Virus record (IMG/VR): IMGVR_UViG_3300035698_016797
Span: 32,001 to 96,000 of that record
Direction: 5' to 3' (one strand)
Source of the DNA: a virus
DNA length: 64,000 nucleotides
Position numbers and translations under genes: made by a program. Below are positions 44,229 to 54,852 of the stretch, piece by piece; position 1 is the first letter of the stretch; each line of letters begins with the position of its first letter. A model generated the notes under the pieces. It saw only the letters and a program-made list of their open reading frames with translations. It had not been told where the DNA came from and did no database searches.

Positions 44229-45460
44229 TTTGTTTGCCTTTCACAAAGCAACTCGTCAAACTTGTCAGTCAATCGTTTCTGAGTTGCCTTCAATTGTTCG
44301 TTAGTAAAATGCTCTGTACTCCAAAAGTCATTTGAATACTCGTCGGTGTTTGCCCAGTCAGTGTCAGAAAGACTACTATTATATAACTTACATCCTGGAT
44401 AGGGACATAAGATTGTAAATCCAACAACGTCTGGATCAATTCGTTCAACAAAGGCTTCTGTCATGTCTACATCTTCCTGTGTCTCATTTGGCATACCAAG
44501 AAGAAAGAAGGCTCTACGTTTAACACCCTCCTCTTTTGCCCATTCAAATACCTGGGCTATCTTGTCTGTGGACACACCCTTTCCTATATCTTTCAATATC
44601 TTATCGCTACCACTTTCACATCCTATGTTTACCTGATTACAATTAGCCTTTCTTAGCCATTCAAACATTTCTTTGGTTGCAAAATTAGCATGAATCATAG
44701 CCTCCCACTCAGTATCTATGCCCATATTAATCTTGTATTTACAAAGGTCTATTACATACTGTGCGGAAGAATCAAATGTTGCATCGACAAACTTGAAGTA
44801 TGTTAAATCATACTTTTCAATAGCGATTCTGATTTCATTACACAAATCGTGGATTCCGACCCTTCTAATGGGATTTGATTTAGAGTTGTATCTACCAGAC
44901 ATCTTGCACTCTGAACAAAATGCACACTGTATTGGACACCCTCTATTAGCCTGAAAGCTTGCGGTGCGTTGACCATTCATTGACTCACACAAAGAAATAG
45001 TTCTATCATTTTGAATTAAATCTCTATCTGGAGCATACAGGTCTTCCATAGGAAGCTTGCTTCCATACATTACCTTGCTGCGATTTCCATATAATATATG
45101 CAGAAACGCATCCTCTCCCTCTCCTATTACAATCTGGTCAACCCCATCCTGTAAACACTTCTTTCCCATGGCAGTTGTGTGCCAACCTCCAAATACGCAG
45201 TGAACCTTAGGATTGATAGCCTTTATCCTTAGAGACATTGCAACTGCGCGATCAAACGTAGGAGAAGTTGTACTGAACCCTACTATGTCAGACTTTGCCG
45301 CTTCTTGCACTATATAGTCTGCATCATCGAACGTCTCTTGAAAGAAGTTCATTGTAAAAGGCTTGCTATAGTAACTCATCTTGCAATATGAGGCTATGTA
45401 TCCTATGCCGAGAGCTTCCCAAACATTATGATAATATGGTTGTATAAATGTTACTTTCAT
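44225..45460 (-). CDS. B12-binding radical SAM protein
   Basis: N-terminal cobalamin-binding domain (LGIGYIAS, GGWH.T); RGCPIQCAFC; GCESG. Confidence 0.88.
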   Translation of the reverse strand: MKVTFIQPYYHNVWEALGIGYIASYCKMSYYSKPFTMNFFQETFDDADYIVQEAAKSDIVGFSTTSPTFDRAVAMSLRIKAINPKVHCVFGGWHTTAMGKKCLQDGVDQIVIGEGEDAFLHILYGNRSKVMYGSKLPMEDLYAPDRDLIQNDRTISLCESMNGQRTASFQANRGCPIQCAFCSECKMSGRYNSKSNPIRRVGIHDLCNEIRIAIEKYDLTYFKFVDATFDSSAQYVIDLCKYKINMGIDTEWEAMIHANFATKEMFEWLRKANCNQVNIGCESGSDKILKDIGKGVSTDKIAQVFEWAKEEGVKRRAFFLLGMPNETQEDVDMTEAFVERIDPDVVGFTILCPYPGCKLYNSSLSDTDWANTDEYSNDFWSTEHFTNEQLKATQKRLTDKFDELLCERQTK

Positions 45461-46479
45461 CTGACGTATCCAGACCTTTCCATGTACCCCTTGCCAGGAG
45501 TATCTTTGACGGAGTGTGCAGCTCTGTTTATTAACTCAATCACCTTGTCTTGATCTTCAACAATATTCTTCCTTATTGGCAATGCTACGATTCTTGAGAA
45601 AACATAGTCTGTATTTGGAAGACCCCATACAATTGGATCATAGTATACTTTAACCTCTACTCCATTAGATTCAAGGGTATTTACGATAGAATCTCTTACA
45701 GCTGGAGACTTAAGCATGATAGCAAACACGCTGTTGTTTCTTGCAATAGGAGCATGTTGTATCTTAAACGGGAATGTGAATCCATTCATATACTTGTCCA
45801 CTACCTGTTGAGTTTCCTCTCTGTACCTGTCGTAGTTTTTCATTGATTTGAGTGCAACCAGTGCATTAATCTCTCCCATCCTGCCAGACAGCCTTCTCAA
45901 CTCAACGGCAGTTTCTGCTATAGAATCATGGTTTGTTAATATCATTCCACCTTCCATTGCCGTTACCAATTTAGTAAATGAGAATGAAACAACCTCTGCC
46001 AACCCTCTGTGTCCAAGATTTGGGAGATCAAAACCATGTGCGGCATCGTAGATGACTGGTACATCAGTAATCTCATGACATTCACTGCCAAATGTATCTA
46101 CAGCTATAGCCGCGTCTATTCCTCTTGTTTTAATATCGTCAACAATAGGCTCCATCAGCCAGGTGTCCTTATTTATATCACAAAAAACAGGAACGTTATC
46201 CTGGGTGGATTCAATAGCATATATTGTGCTAGGCCATGTAAACGAGGGTACAGCTATTCTCTTTCCCTTCCATCCAGCAGAGTTGATTGCAATAGTTAGT
46301 CCGGTAGTTGCACTTGAACATGCGATAGCATGTTTGACACCATACATAAGACAAAACGTTGATTCCAACTCTTCCATCCTCTCCCCTATGCTAACCCATC
46401 CACTCTCTATGATGGCACGAATCTTGTCATAATCTTCGTCTACTAAGTCAATGTGAGGGACGCTGTATTGATGTTCCAT
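45457..46479 (-). CDS. DegT/DnrJ-family PLP aminotransferase
   Basis: S..TTGL, VPSFTW, YDAAH, SFSFTK..T..EGG. Confidence 0.88.
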   Translation of the reverse strand: MEHQYSVPHIDLVDEDYDKIRAIIESGWVSIGERMEELESTFCLMYGVKHAIACSSATTGLTIAINSAGWKGKRIAVPSFTWPSTIYAIESTQDNVPVFCDINKDTWLMEPIVDDIKTRGIDAAIAVDTFGSECHEITDVPVIYDAAHGFDLPNLGHRGLAEVVSFSFTKLVTAMEGGMILTNHDSIAETAVELRRLSGRMGEINALVALKSMKNYDRYREETQQVVDKYMNGFTFPFKIQHAPIARNNSVFAIMLKSPAVRDSIVNTLESNGVEVKVYYDPIVWGLPNTDYVFSRIVALPIRKNIVEDQDKVIELINRAAHSVKDTPGKGYMERSGYVR

Positions 46480-46481
46480 AT

Positions 46482-47771
46482 CTATTTCTCCAATTTTATG
46501 AGCGGCCTGCCAGTATCAGACTTGCCTATAATTTCCCAGCTGCTAAACCTTCCAACGTCTGCAATAAATTCTGCCAGTCCATCAAACCCAACAACGTCAA
46601 GCTTTGAAAAAATTGTTGGAGAAGTTTCTACAAAAAACATCTTATTAACCTTACTCCCCAACACTCTCAACGTTTCTTCTACTTCATCTTTACTTCTGGT
46701 GTCTGAAATTTGAACAGAACCTGGAGGAGGAGAGCTAACGAGCCAGTGTAACATACTCAGGGCAGAAACTACATCATAAGACTCCATTGATTTAACATAT
46801 TCCATATTAAAATTTGAAGCATCAAAACTAACAGGCACTTCATGAATTTCTGCCAATGTGTTTGCAAAATTGATCATAGGGACAGATGCATCCATTCCTG
46901 TGGTGTCCATTCCCCACTCCCTATTAAAGTAGAATGGAAACCATCCAACATTACATCCAATGTCAAGATAGGTTGCACCGTTCAAATCAAACTTCATGTG
47001 TTGAAGCATGAGATTTGCTCTGTCTGAACATTTTCTACTAGTTGAAACAAGTTTACCAAAGTCTGGATCATTTTTCTCAGTCTCTGTTCTTAATGTATTT
47101 TGTAGTGGATCAAAAAAGATGGGCTGATGTACGTTCTCTAGGGATTGATACTCTTCGGTTATCATTTTTGCTATTGATTCATCCATTATTTTTCTCCAGT
47201 TATAACCTCTTTGATTGCAGATTTCCATCATTGTGTGTGAAAATCCAGTGTACCATTTGAGATCGTGCTCTGTAAAACTTTTACAATTGAAAAATCCATT
47301 GTTTACAACGGCCATCTTTTCTCCAATAAACGGAAGCCATCCATCAACTCTGTCATCGTTGAAGTCTATTATCTTTGGGTGTCCATTCGTATCTATCATG
47401 CAATGTTTTGACAATGCTGGCCAAAGAACACCGTTCACATACAACTCTCTAACTGTACAGAGATATGTGTAAACTACATGTTTCAATTGATCAAGGGATA
47501 TTTTTTCTGGCAATGGATCGAGCTTTTCAATTACCAAAAACGGATGGCCCTGGATATCTGAACCGTAAGCAATCAAACCTACGACACCGTCAAGTTGAAG
47601 CTCTAAAACCTCCTTCTCTTGGGGAAAGCGCAATCCTTCATTCATTACTTGAACCTTAACAAGGACGTCTTCTCCATCGAGAACTGCCTCAAACATTCTA
47701 CTTGAACCTGAACCCTGTCGTATAAACGGGCGAAGATTAACCAAGTCTGAATATTTTACTTCGTAACTCAT
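46482..47771 (-). CDS. kinase-like / methyltransferase fusion
   Basis: N-terminal LVK...LVIEKL...KIIDF; C-terminal YLDIGCNVGWF, G.D, YDVV..LS.LHW. Confidence 0.7.
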   Translation of the reverse strand: MSYEVKYSDLVNLRPFIRQGSGSSRMFEAVLDGEDVLVKVQVMNEGLRFPQEKEVLELQLDGVVGLIAYGSDIQGHPFLVIEKLDPLPEKISLDQLKHVVYTYLCTVRELYVNGVLWPALSKHCMIDTNGHPKIIDFNDDRVDGWLPFIGEKMAVVNNGFFNCKSFTEHDLKWYTGFSHTMMEICNQRGYNWRKIMDESIAKMITEEYQSLENVHQPIFFDPLQNTLRTETEKNDPDFGKLVSTSRKCSDRANLMLQHMKFDLNGATYLDIGCNVGWFPFYFNREWGMDTTGMDASVPMINFANTLAEIHEVPVSFDASNFNMEYVKSMESYDVVSALSMLHWLVSSPPPGSVQISDTRSKDEVEETLRVLGSKVNKMFFVETSPTIFSKLDVVGFDGLAEFIADVGRFSSWEIIGKSDTGRPLIKLEK

Positions 47772-47773
47772 TC

Positions 47774-48667
47774 TTACGCTCCAAGCATTGTTGTCTCAAC
47801 AATAACCTTTGCCCAATTCTGCCTGTTAAACTTCTGAACAGTATCATACCCATGTGCCCTGATGATGTTTCTTTCTCTCTCATTACACAGGTAATAATCA
47901 ACCTTAGAAGACAACTCTTTAGGACTATCAAACACTTCAAAGTCTTTCCCAGGGGTAAAATCTCTCTCCATATTTGCCCACGGTTGAGTCAACAGAAAAC
48001 CCTTGCTTGCCAAAATTTTGTAAGTTCTATCTGACGTACCAGCATTGTGAAGTACAAAGTTAAGATTGATTATGCTTTTTGCAACTGCAATGGAATGGTC
48101 AATCCCATAGGCGTTATCAATCACACGGAACGGAACCTGTGCAAGATAGGATCTTCTTTGAGAGTCCCTTACGTTTCCAATGAAAGAAACGTCGTGCTCA
48201 TAACCCACATTTGAAAGCCAAAGGTTCGAATCTTCATCATACCCTTCTTGCAAAAAAGACACCTTGCTCGAAATGTGTTGTGCTCTCTGGTATGGTTCTT
48301 CCAATGCAAAGAAGGAGTGGTCTGCAAGAGCAATCTTGGTGATAAGACCACTGTCATAGTTATCCATTGGGTCCATGTACCACAATACAACCTTGGAAAA
48401 CTCTTTACACTTCTCAAAGGTTGCTGAATTTATATGTGCAACATGACTCTTGTCATGATGAGTGCACTTGCTGAACAGAACAATGTCTGGTTTGTACAAT
48501 CTACACTGTTCAATAAGATCCAAGTCTCTTGTATTATTCCCAAACTTAGCTCCTACTGCTCGATAGTCGTACTCAATAACATCATGGCCAAGCCTTCTAA
48601 ATGCAGAAACTTGAGAAACATTTGTGGATTGAGAAGAAAATACTCCAACGAACATTATGTTAGCCAT
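47774..48667 (-). CDS. CgeB-like glycosyltransferase
   Basis: VSFIGN, SDRTYKILA..GFLLT, F.PG..F..FD...EL..K..YYL. Confidence 0.8.
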   Translation of the reverse strand: MANIMFVGVFSSQSTNVSQVSAFRRLGHDVIEYDYRAVGAKFGNNTRDLDLIEQCRLYKPDIVLFSKCTHHDKSHVAHINSATFEKCKEFSKVVLWYMDPMDNYDSGLITKIALADHSFFALEEPYQRAQHISSKVSFLQEGYDEDSNLWLSNVGYEHDVSFIGNVRDSQRRSYLAQVPFRVIDNAYGIDHSIAVAKSIINLNFVLHNAGTSDRTYKILASKGFLLTQPWANMERDFTPGKDFEVFDSPKELSSKVDYYLCNERERNIIRAHGYDTVQKFNRQNWAKVIVETTMLGA

Positions 48668-49571
48668 ATCCAGCCCTTTCTAGGAATTCATTTAGACCTA
48701 TCCATTCAACAGTACAATCAAAAACATAAAGCGGATCAATTACTCTACAATCCCATTGACACACCTCTCTATTGTACAGCCAAAACTTGGATGGTTTAGT
48801 ATGTTGACATGGGCTACAATCTAACTCTTTATAGACTACATTACAACTCTTATGGAACCTTTTGTCATAATTCTTTTTTCTATCAGTGAACGTAAACAAA
48901 ACAACTTGATGAATTCCAAGCAGACTTGCCAAATGGTAAGTGCCAGTGTCTGTAGACACAAACATCTTGCAACCCTTTAAGAGTGCTATTGTATTGGTTA
49001 ATGACATTTCGGTAAGGTCTATTGTACCTTTAACATATTCATCTTTAGAACCTATGCTTGCTACTGACAGGCCAGCCTTGTCAAAACATGAGGCAAGCTC
49101 TTCAAAATATGGATAACTTTTTGCCTCCCACATGTCTCCTGAAGCTTTGTTGTATCCGTTATGAATTACAATTTTAGCATCAGTCCTGGGATCTATATCA
49201 TCAAACAGACCTGGCAATACAAAGTCATCTTCTGAAATCTCGTCTGTTACTATCTGCATGTTGAATGACACCTCAGAAAAGTCTCCTCTTTTAACATCAC
49301 GATTAAGAAGTGTCAATCCATTGATTTGTTTTTCCGCAGCGTCACAACAGTAAGACCTATAGTACCCATCATATTCAGCCGGGTCAATACTGTGGACAAC
49401 AGTAGCAATGCGCTTAAACAAAAAGTTGGTATAATCATAACGCGTCCTAATTACATTCATGACACACACTTCTTTGTCTGGGTTGAGTTTTTTTAACAGT
49501 GCAACTCCAGGCATTGCCTCTACCTGATTCCCAACCCCTTCTCCAACCAAATATAATAGTTTACGAGCCAT
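48660..49571 (-). CDS. GT9 (heptosyltransferase-like) glycosyltransferase
   Basis: G.GN.V.A.P, K.YPY, DLT..SL..T.ALL, FVSTDTG..HLA. Confidence 0.82.
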   Translation of the reverse strand: MARKLLYLVGEGVGNQVEAMPGVALLKKLNPDKEVCVMNVIRTRYDYTNFLFKRIATVVHSIDPAEYDGYYRSYCCDAAEKQINGLTLLNRDVKRGDFSEVSFNMQIVTDEISEDDFVLPGLFDDIDPRTDAKIVIHNGYNKASGDMWEAKSYPYFEELASCFDKAGLSVASIGSKDEYVKGTIDLTEMSLTNTIALLKGCKMFVSTDTGTYHLASLLGIHQVVLFTFTDRKKNYDKRFHKSCNVVYKELDCSPCQHTKPSKFWLYNREVCQWDCRVIDPLYVFDCTVEWIGLNEFLERAGYG

Positions 49572-50487
49572 TGCGTAAATCCTTATCGTCTAACGACCCT
49601 TGAATTTGATCCTTGATTTTGTCTAGGTCTGGATCATTAAACTTTTCACGAACTTCGTCCTCTGGAAAGTCTGTAAGTACCATCTTATCAAACTGTGCAT
49701 TTTTAAACGTTGCGGGTGTTGAATGCAGCCCACGTTCACCTATATAGATTGCCCTGTTAACAGTGGTAAACAAGCGCGTCATACCAGCCATTACACAAGC
49801 CCACTCTTTGGCTCTATCCTGAGAGGTTGTACCCTCTGGAAGATTCCAAGTATCCTTGTACCATTTACGAATGGCATTGTGATCTCTTTTTTGATAGTTG
49901 AACTGTTGGATCATCTCATAATATTCCTGATAGACGTCCCAAATTCTTTCCCACTTATCCTTCCACATTGCAAAACCATACCAATGAGGTCTGCCAATAC
50001 GAACACTATCTAGTGCTCCAATCTTGTCATCCTCTTCAATAAACCATCCTCCCGCAACGCTTGATTGAACAGTTGCTATTTGTGGATGATCCTTAAATTG
50101 TCTCAACAAAATTTTGGTAAGGTAAATCCAATTCTTTGACACTACAACATCGTCTTCTACAACCGCACACGCATCATAACCTCCGTGCAAAAGAATATCA
50201 TTATGAGCCTTACATTGGTTCATAGCTATCCCATAATTCCCATCACGAATCATATCATTTTTGTTTGGGAGAGTACATTCTCTCCACAAGTTAATACAAA
50301 GATCTATGGACTCTTGATTTCCAGAAACGGAACCATCAACAACGTTCTTAGAACCATCTTGTACAAAGAAAAAATCGACATCTTCAAGGTCTGTCTGTCC
50401 CTCAAGAGATTTTAACACCTGCCTTAGATATTTTGGCCTGTCGAATGATATGATTGCAACAGCAAGTCTTGTGTTAAGAATGTTCAT
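49561..50487 (-). CDS. GT2-like glycosyltransferase
   Basis: AIISFDRP.YL..VL.SL, FVQDG, VVEDD. Confidence 0.8.
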   Translation of the reverse strand: MNILNTRLAVAIISFDRPKYLRQVLKSLEGQTDLEDVDFFFVQDGSKNVVDGSVSGNQESIDLCINLWRECTLPNKNDMIRDGNYGIAMNQCKAHNDILLHGGYDACAVVEDDVVVSKNWIYLTKILLRQFKDHPQIATVQSSVAGGWFIEEDDKIGALDSVRIGRPHWYGFAMWKDKWERIWDVYQEYYEMIQQFNYQKRDHNAIRKWYKDTWNLPEGTTSQDRAKEWACVMAGMTRLFTTVNRAIYIGERGLHSTPATFKNAQFDKMVLTDFPEDEVREKFNDPDLDKIKDQIQGSLDDKDLRNGS

Positions 50488-50488
50488 A

Positions 50489-51649
50489 CTACACACCTCT
50501 TACTTCCTTTATTACGTCTGCCATTTTCCGACAGGCGTGTGTCCACGTCCACTTGTTACACATATCCTGTCTGGCATTCCTGCCAATACGACAACCGTTC
50601 TGAGGATCGCTATACAACCCTCTCATTGTAGCGACAAGATGATCCTCATCAACCTCTGCCCATTTGTGTCCAACATAAGCCTTGTTGTGAGGCATGTCTT
50701 CATGGTTGATTCCTTTTAATTCATAATCAATAAGAAGACTGTTTTCGTCAGTCATGTACTCTGTATTACCGCTCCAGTTTACACCTATGGTTGGCAGTCC
50801 AGAAGACATAGCTTCAGAATGCGTAAGAGACCATCCTTCTCCACGGCTTGGAAGCACATAAGCGTCCAGTGCGGTATAGAACGATGACATATCTTCTTCT
50901 TTTAGCATGTCTGTGAACAAAATTATTGGAGGAAGGTCTGCGCCTTGTCCAAACGAAGCTTTGATTTCTGCAATTTCATTCTTAACCTTGCTCACGCTCT
51001 CATTGATTGGATGCTGATAATATACTTTGAGAACTAGAACTACATCCTTCTTTCCTTGAAACGCACTATAGTATGCCTTAATAAGGGCACGAGGATTCTT
51101 ACGTTCTGTCCATTCAAAATTAGAACCAAACGCATACCTTCCTGCAATTGCCTCAACAGCCTCTTCAAGGGGCAAAACATCTGGATTGTATCTGTCAACA
51201 TCCACTCCGTGAGGAACAACATAGATTGGCCTATCAATACCAGACTCTTGGAAGGTTCTCTTGTTAAACTGAGAATACGTTACAACTGCATTCATTGCCC
51301 TCATTGGAAGAACCCACAAAATAGGCAAACGATCAGTCTCAAACGTTGTAACACCAATAAAGTTGTCCACATTGCGCTGAATCATATAGTTTTCTGGAGT
51401 AAGATTGTACGCAACAGTAATATCTTTTTGGTCAATAGGAATGGGGTTGTGCGCCATACCTTCAAGCCTTGAAATAACTCTACGCAAATCGAGCTTTTCT
51501 CCATGCCAAAAACTCTTGTTCATCAGCTTAATGTTGAACTCATTTAGATCGTCAAGTCCAAGGACGTAGTTTCTGGTGGCCTCTCCATACCCGCTTGGGT
51601 CTGTTGCCGCACCCATCCAAATTAGAAATGGTTTCTTTTCTTCTGACAT
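50489..51649 (-). CDS. GT4 glycosyltransferase
   Basis: SGY, TTFETD, VPHGVD, RKN, PSRGEGW.L..SEAM..GLP.I. Confidence 0.88.
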   Translation of the reverse strand: MSEEKKPFLIWMGAATDPSGYGEATRNYVLGLDDLNEFNIKLMNKSFWHGEKLDLRRVISRLEGMAHNPIPIDQKDITVAYNLTPENYMIQRNVDNFIGVTTFETDRLPILWVLPMRAMNAVVTYSQFNKRTFQESGIDRPIYVVPHGVDVDRYNPDVLPLEEAVEAIAGRYAFGSNFEWTERKNPRALIKAYYSAFQGKKDVVLVLKVYYQHPINESVSKVKNEIAEIKASFGQGADLPPIILFTDMLKEEDMSSFYTALDAYVLPSRGEGWSLTHSEAMSSGLPTIGVNWSGNTEYMTDENSLLIDYELKGINHEDMPHNKAYVGHKWAEVDEDHLVATMRGLYSDPQNGCRIGRNARQDMCNKWTWTHACRKMADVIKEVRGV

Positions 51650-53073
51650 TAGAGTTCCTCCGTTCCATAAGAACTTGGACCAGATACATCCTCGGATATT
51701 CCTGTTTTGGGAGTGTAGTCCAGTGTTAGATTGATTAGATCCTGCCATTCTGAGTTAACTCTCTCCCAAGAATAACCCTTTGCTCTCGCCCTTGAGAGGC
51801 CAGACAGGACTTCACGATACTCATCTCCTACAATCACAGACTCTTTTGGCCAACCATAGTTTTCATTGATATATTTTCCCCACTTGGTCCAAAATACATC
51901 GCTGTCGTTATAATATAACCTGTCAAGACGCATACAGTAGTCAAAAAGATCAACAACCGCACGCTCAATATTGGTTAATGGTTCAGTCATAAACTCAGAA
52001 ACCTTAATCAGCTCTCCAGCACCCTTTACAAAATCTACATGTGCAGAATAGTCCGTGACAACTACCGGAGTTCCACAAGCCATAGCTTCTAGGATTGGAA
52101 GACCCCATCCTTCTCCAGAGGTTGGCAGTGTAAACACGTCAAACGACGCCATAATCTCTGCCAGTCTATGAATTTCAACACCATGCCCAACCTGTAATCC
52201 TCTTGGGTATGCAATCTTACCTGATAATCCGAAACGTTGAATCAATTCATAAATATTCCATCCACAATCGTTGAGTGCCATGTGCATGTAAAAACGAACA
52301 TCTTCTTTTGGTTCTCCATTAACTACATTTACACTCTCACATGCTTGACATTGTTTTGAAATCTCAAACCTAAGCTCTCCACAGTCAGAGCATACTGTAT
52401 ACCCATTAAGGAATAGACGTGCCGTCTTAAACAACCTTGGAAGATACTTCCTTGGCTGATTACGAGCTACACACCCTACAATGAACTTGTTTTCACCTCC
52501 AAATTGCTTCTTCATTTCCTTTCTTGCATCTTCCTCTATGGGTTTGAAGATATCCAGGTCAACTGCATGATTAATGGTTGTTAAGTTTGTTAATCCTGGG
52601 TTTCGTTGTGTAACAACTTTCTTGCCAAAATCACCATACAAAACCGTTACGTCTGCTTTTGCAAAAGTATCAGTCCACTTCTTAGGAATTGGCATTCCAT
52701 CAATAGGAACATACAAGATGAGCTTATACTTGAATTCATTCCTAGCTGGACCAATAGCTGTGTGCTCTACCATCCAAGAATCTCCAACACAAAGAACCAA
52801 GTCAGGCTTGTATTTCTCTACCACCTTGGGGAAGGTGTGAGCTGCATATTTGTCCATCTCCATCCTCATTCTGTCAGTCTGGTCGGTGGTAAAGATTTCG
52901 TACGGAACAATCTCCTCCGTCTCCTTGTGAAACCATCCTATTGTCTTGACTTCATACTCTCCAGTGTTGTACAAATGAAGAGCTACATTCTTGATAATTC
53001 TGGCAAACCCAGTGTGAATACAGCTACTATCTCCAACGAGTAATATTCTTGGTTTTCTTTTCCATTGTTTCAT
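51649..53073 (-). CDS. GT4 glycosyltransferase with zinc-ribbon insertion
   Basis: TGF.R, HAVD, ARNQPRK, CSDC..CQAC insert, GEGWGLPILEAMACG.P. Confidence 0.88.
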   Translation of the reverse strand: MKQWKRKPRILLVGDSSCIHTGFARIIKNVALHLYNTGEYEVKTIGWFHKETEEIVPYEIFTTDQTDRMRMEMDKYAAHTFPKVVEKYKPDLVLCVGDSWMVEHTAIGPARNEFKYKLILYVPIDGMPIPKKWTDTFAKADVTVLYGDFGKKVVTQRNPGLTNLTTINHAVDLDIFKPIEEDARKEMKKQFGGENKFIVGCVARNQPRKYLPRLFKTARLFLNGYTVCSDCGELRFEISKQCQACESVNVVNGEPKEDVRFYMHMALNDCGWNIYELIQRFGLSGKIAYPRGLQVGHGVEIHRLAEIMASFDVFTLPTSGEGWGLPILEAMACGTPVVVTDYSAHVDFVKGAGELIKVSEFMTEPLTNIERAVVDLFDYCMRLDRLYYNDSDVFWTKWGKYINENYGWPKESVIVGDEYREVLSGLSRARAKGYSWERVNSEWQDLINLTLDYTPKTGISEDVSGPSSYGTEEL

Positions 53074-53083
53074 TGTATGTTTC

Positions 53084-54193
53084 CTACTTTATTGTTAGAT
53101 ATGGAGTGCCTTCTTCTCTAATAGCACTGCTTTCCAGAATGTCTAATGCGTGTTTGTCACCTTTAAATGCATTTCTTACAGCACCACTGCTAACATTAAT
53201 CAGGTGTTCTGAAACACCTCTCTCGTCAGCAAGCTTCTGTACAAGGTTTGCATCATACTTAATAGATTTTTTTGAAGATAAATGAGCGGTCTTTCCTCCA
53301 GCCTTAATGGATTTGATACCACGATCCTTTAGAATTCCTGCAACCCAATCATCAATTCTCTTTTTCTCTCTCTTTAGAGACGTTAAAGCATATGAGATTT
53401 TTAACGAAGCTTCTATGATTGCCTCAAGAGATACGGACCCGTCTTCATTTTCAAATGAGTAAAATTCTTCTCCATTTTGAACCCTCTGAAACTCTGGACA
53501 CTCTTTGCGAAACGGACAGTTCCAACAAAAAGTATTCAGTGTTGCACTAGGAGTGTCGTTACGCAAAATCTGTTCAACTAAAAACTCAAGGTAAACCCTA
53601 TACTCCTGGACCCTGTTGTATGGAACTTCAATACTCTTCCTCAATCCAGTACGTATGTAATAATAAGAGAATACAATTCTCTCTATCTCTGGAAACTTGC
53701 CAGACTCATACACCCACAACGGATACATATTGGTCTGATGACTGGCACGCATCTCTCCAATTGTAGGAACAAATCTTCCGCTCTTATAGTCGATGACCTC
53801 CATTGTGGTTGCATCTTTGAGTCTTAACATGTCTATCTTTCCCAAAATGGTTATACCAGAATCAAACGTGTGCTCCATTTCAACCTCTGTGTCTATAACA
53901 AGAGCATCATCTCTTGGAAATGAAGAAATAGTATCAACAACCATCCTCATTGCCTCTTCAAATTCATCAAAGTCTGCACAATTTTCCTCTCTTTTTGCCA
54001 TGTCAAAAGACTCTTCTACATCAAAATCAAACGGAGGGCGATAGTAAAGCTCAAGCACTTTGTGTGCAAAATTTCCTGCATCCATAGCTACACTTCCAGG
54101 CTGTCTAATTCCGTCTTCGTATTTTACTTTGTACCTCAAGGCACACTGTTCGTATAGAGAAGCCCTTGATGGGCTAATTTTTTCACATTTCAT
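53084..54193 (-). CDS. PD-(D/E)xK nuclease (RecB/Cas4-like)
   Basis: ISPS...Y.QC, G...H..LE, GKID, IDYKSG, Q..MY, C-terminal CWNCPF..EC. Confidence 0.85.
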   Translation of the reverse strand: MKCEKISPSRASLYEQCALRYKVKYEDGIRQPGSVAMDAGNFAHKVLELYYRPPFDFDVEESFDMAKREENCADFDEFEEAMRMVVDTISSFPRDDALVIDTEVEMEHTFDSGITILGKIDMLRLKDATTMEVIDYKSGRFVPTIGEMRASHQTNMYPLWVYESGKFPEIERIVFSYYYIRTGLRKSIEVPYNRVQEYRVYLEFLVEQILRNDTPSATLNTFCWNCPFRKECPEFQRVQNGEEFYSFENEDGSVSLEAIIEASLKISYALTSLKREKKRIDDWVAGILKDRGIKSIKAGGKTAHLSSKKSIKYDANLVQKLADERGVSEHLINVSSGAVRNAFKGDKHALDILESSAIREEGTPYLTIK

Positions 54194-54195
54194 AG

Positions 54196-54852
54196 TTAAT
54201 GCCTTTTATAAAATTTAAGCATAGCATCTTCAAGTAGGGAAGCATATCCCTCATCAGCTAAGCTTTGTAAACCCTTGTCTGTGATTCCAGCTTTTTTTCT
54301 GATACTCTTTGGGATCAGAGCTTCTCTCTGTGGATTTGAAAGTGAAGATGCACTCTTCTCTCCGTTTACAATCGCAATAATAGTTTGCATTGTCTCGGTC
54401 AAGATATATGAATCCGCTTCATTGTCATCCTTAAAAGCTATTCCACACTGTTGATATACCATACTGAGGTACAACTTCTTATCCTTCTTATTTACGGCAC
54501 CATTGCCAAAAAAGAACTTCTTATGATTTGCAGGAGGGATAACATACAACGGCAAAGATCTTCGATGAAAAAGCAGGTCAAGACAGCCAACCAGTTCACC
54601 ATTTTCGCACATCGAAGAACTTCTTCCTTTTGAGTTGTATGAATACCCCTCCCTAACTCCTACAATACCTTTCATGTCTTCAGCGGTTAAGCAGCTGTCA
54701 AACAGTTGTTCAAAAGCTTTGACAATCCAATCAACCCTACCTATACCTCGCATCTTTTTCGTTTCGAGGACAAGAACCTCGTAAGAAAATTCACCCTTGC
54801 GAATGCAGACACCAGTTGCTGTCAATGATTGATCTATGCCAACTATAATCAT
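54196..54852 (-). CDS. RuvC-like Holliday junction resolvase
   Basis: VGIDQSLTATG, EGYSY, KK...GNG...K, DNEADS. Confidence 0.8.
   Translation of the reverse strand: MIIVGIDQSLTATGVCIRKGEFSYEVLVLETKKMRGIGRVDWIVKAFEQLFDSCLTAEDMKGIVGVREGYSYNSKGRSSSMCENGELVGCLDLLFHRRSLPLYVIPPANHKKFFFGNGAVNKKDKKLYLSMVYQQCGIAFKDDNEADSYILTETMQTIIAIVNGEKSASSLSNPQREALIPKSIRKKAGITDKGLQSLADEGYASLLEDAMLKFYKRH

Noticed and set aside
53084-54193. Cas4 indicating a CRISPR adaptation module
   Set aside because: No cas1/cas2 or array; context (resolvase, SSB, primase) fits a phage recombination exonuclease.
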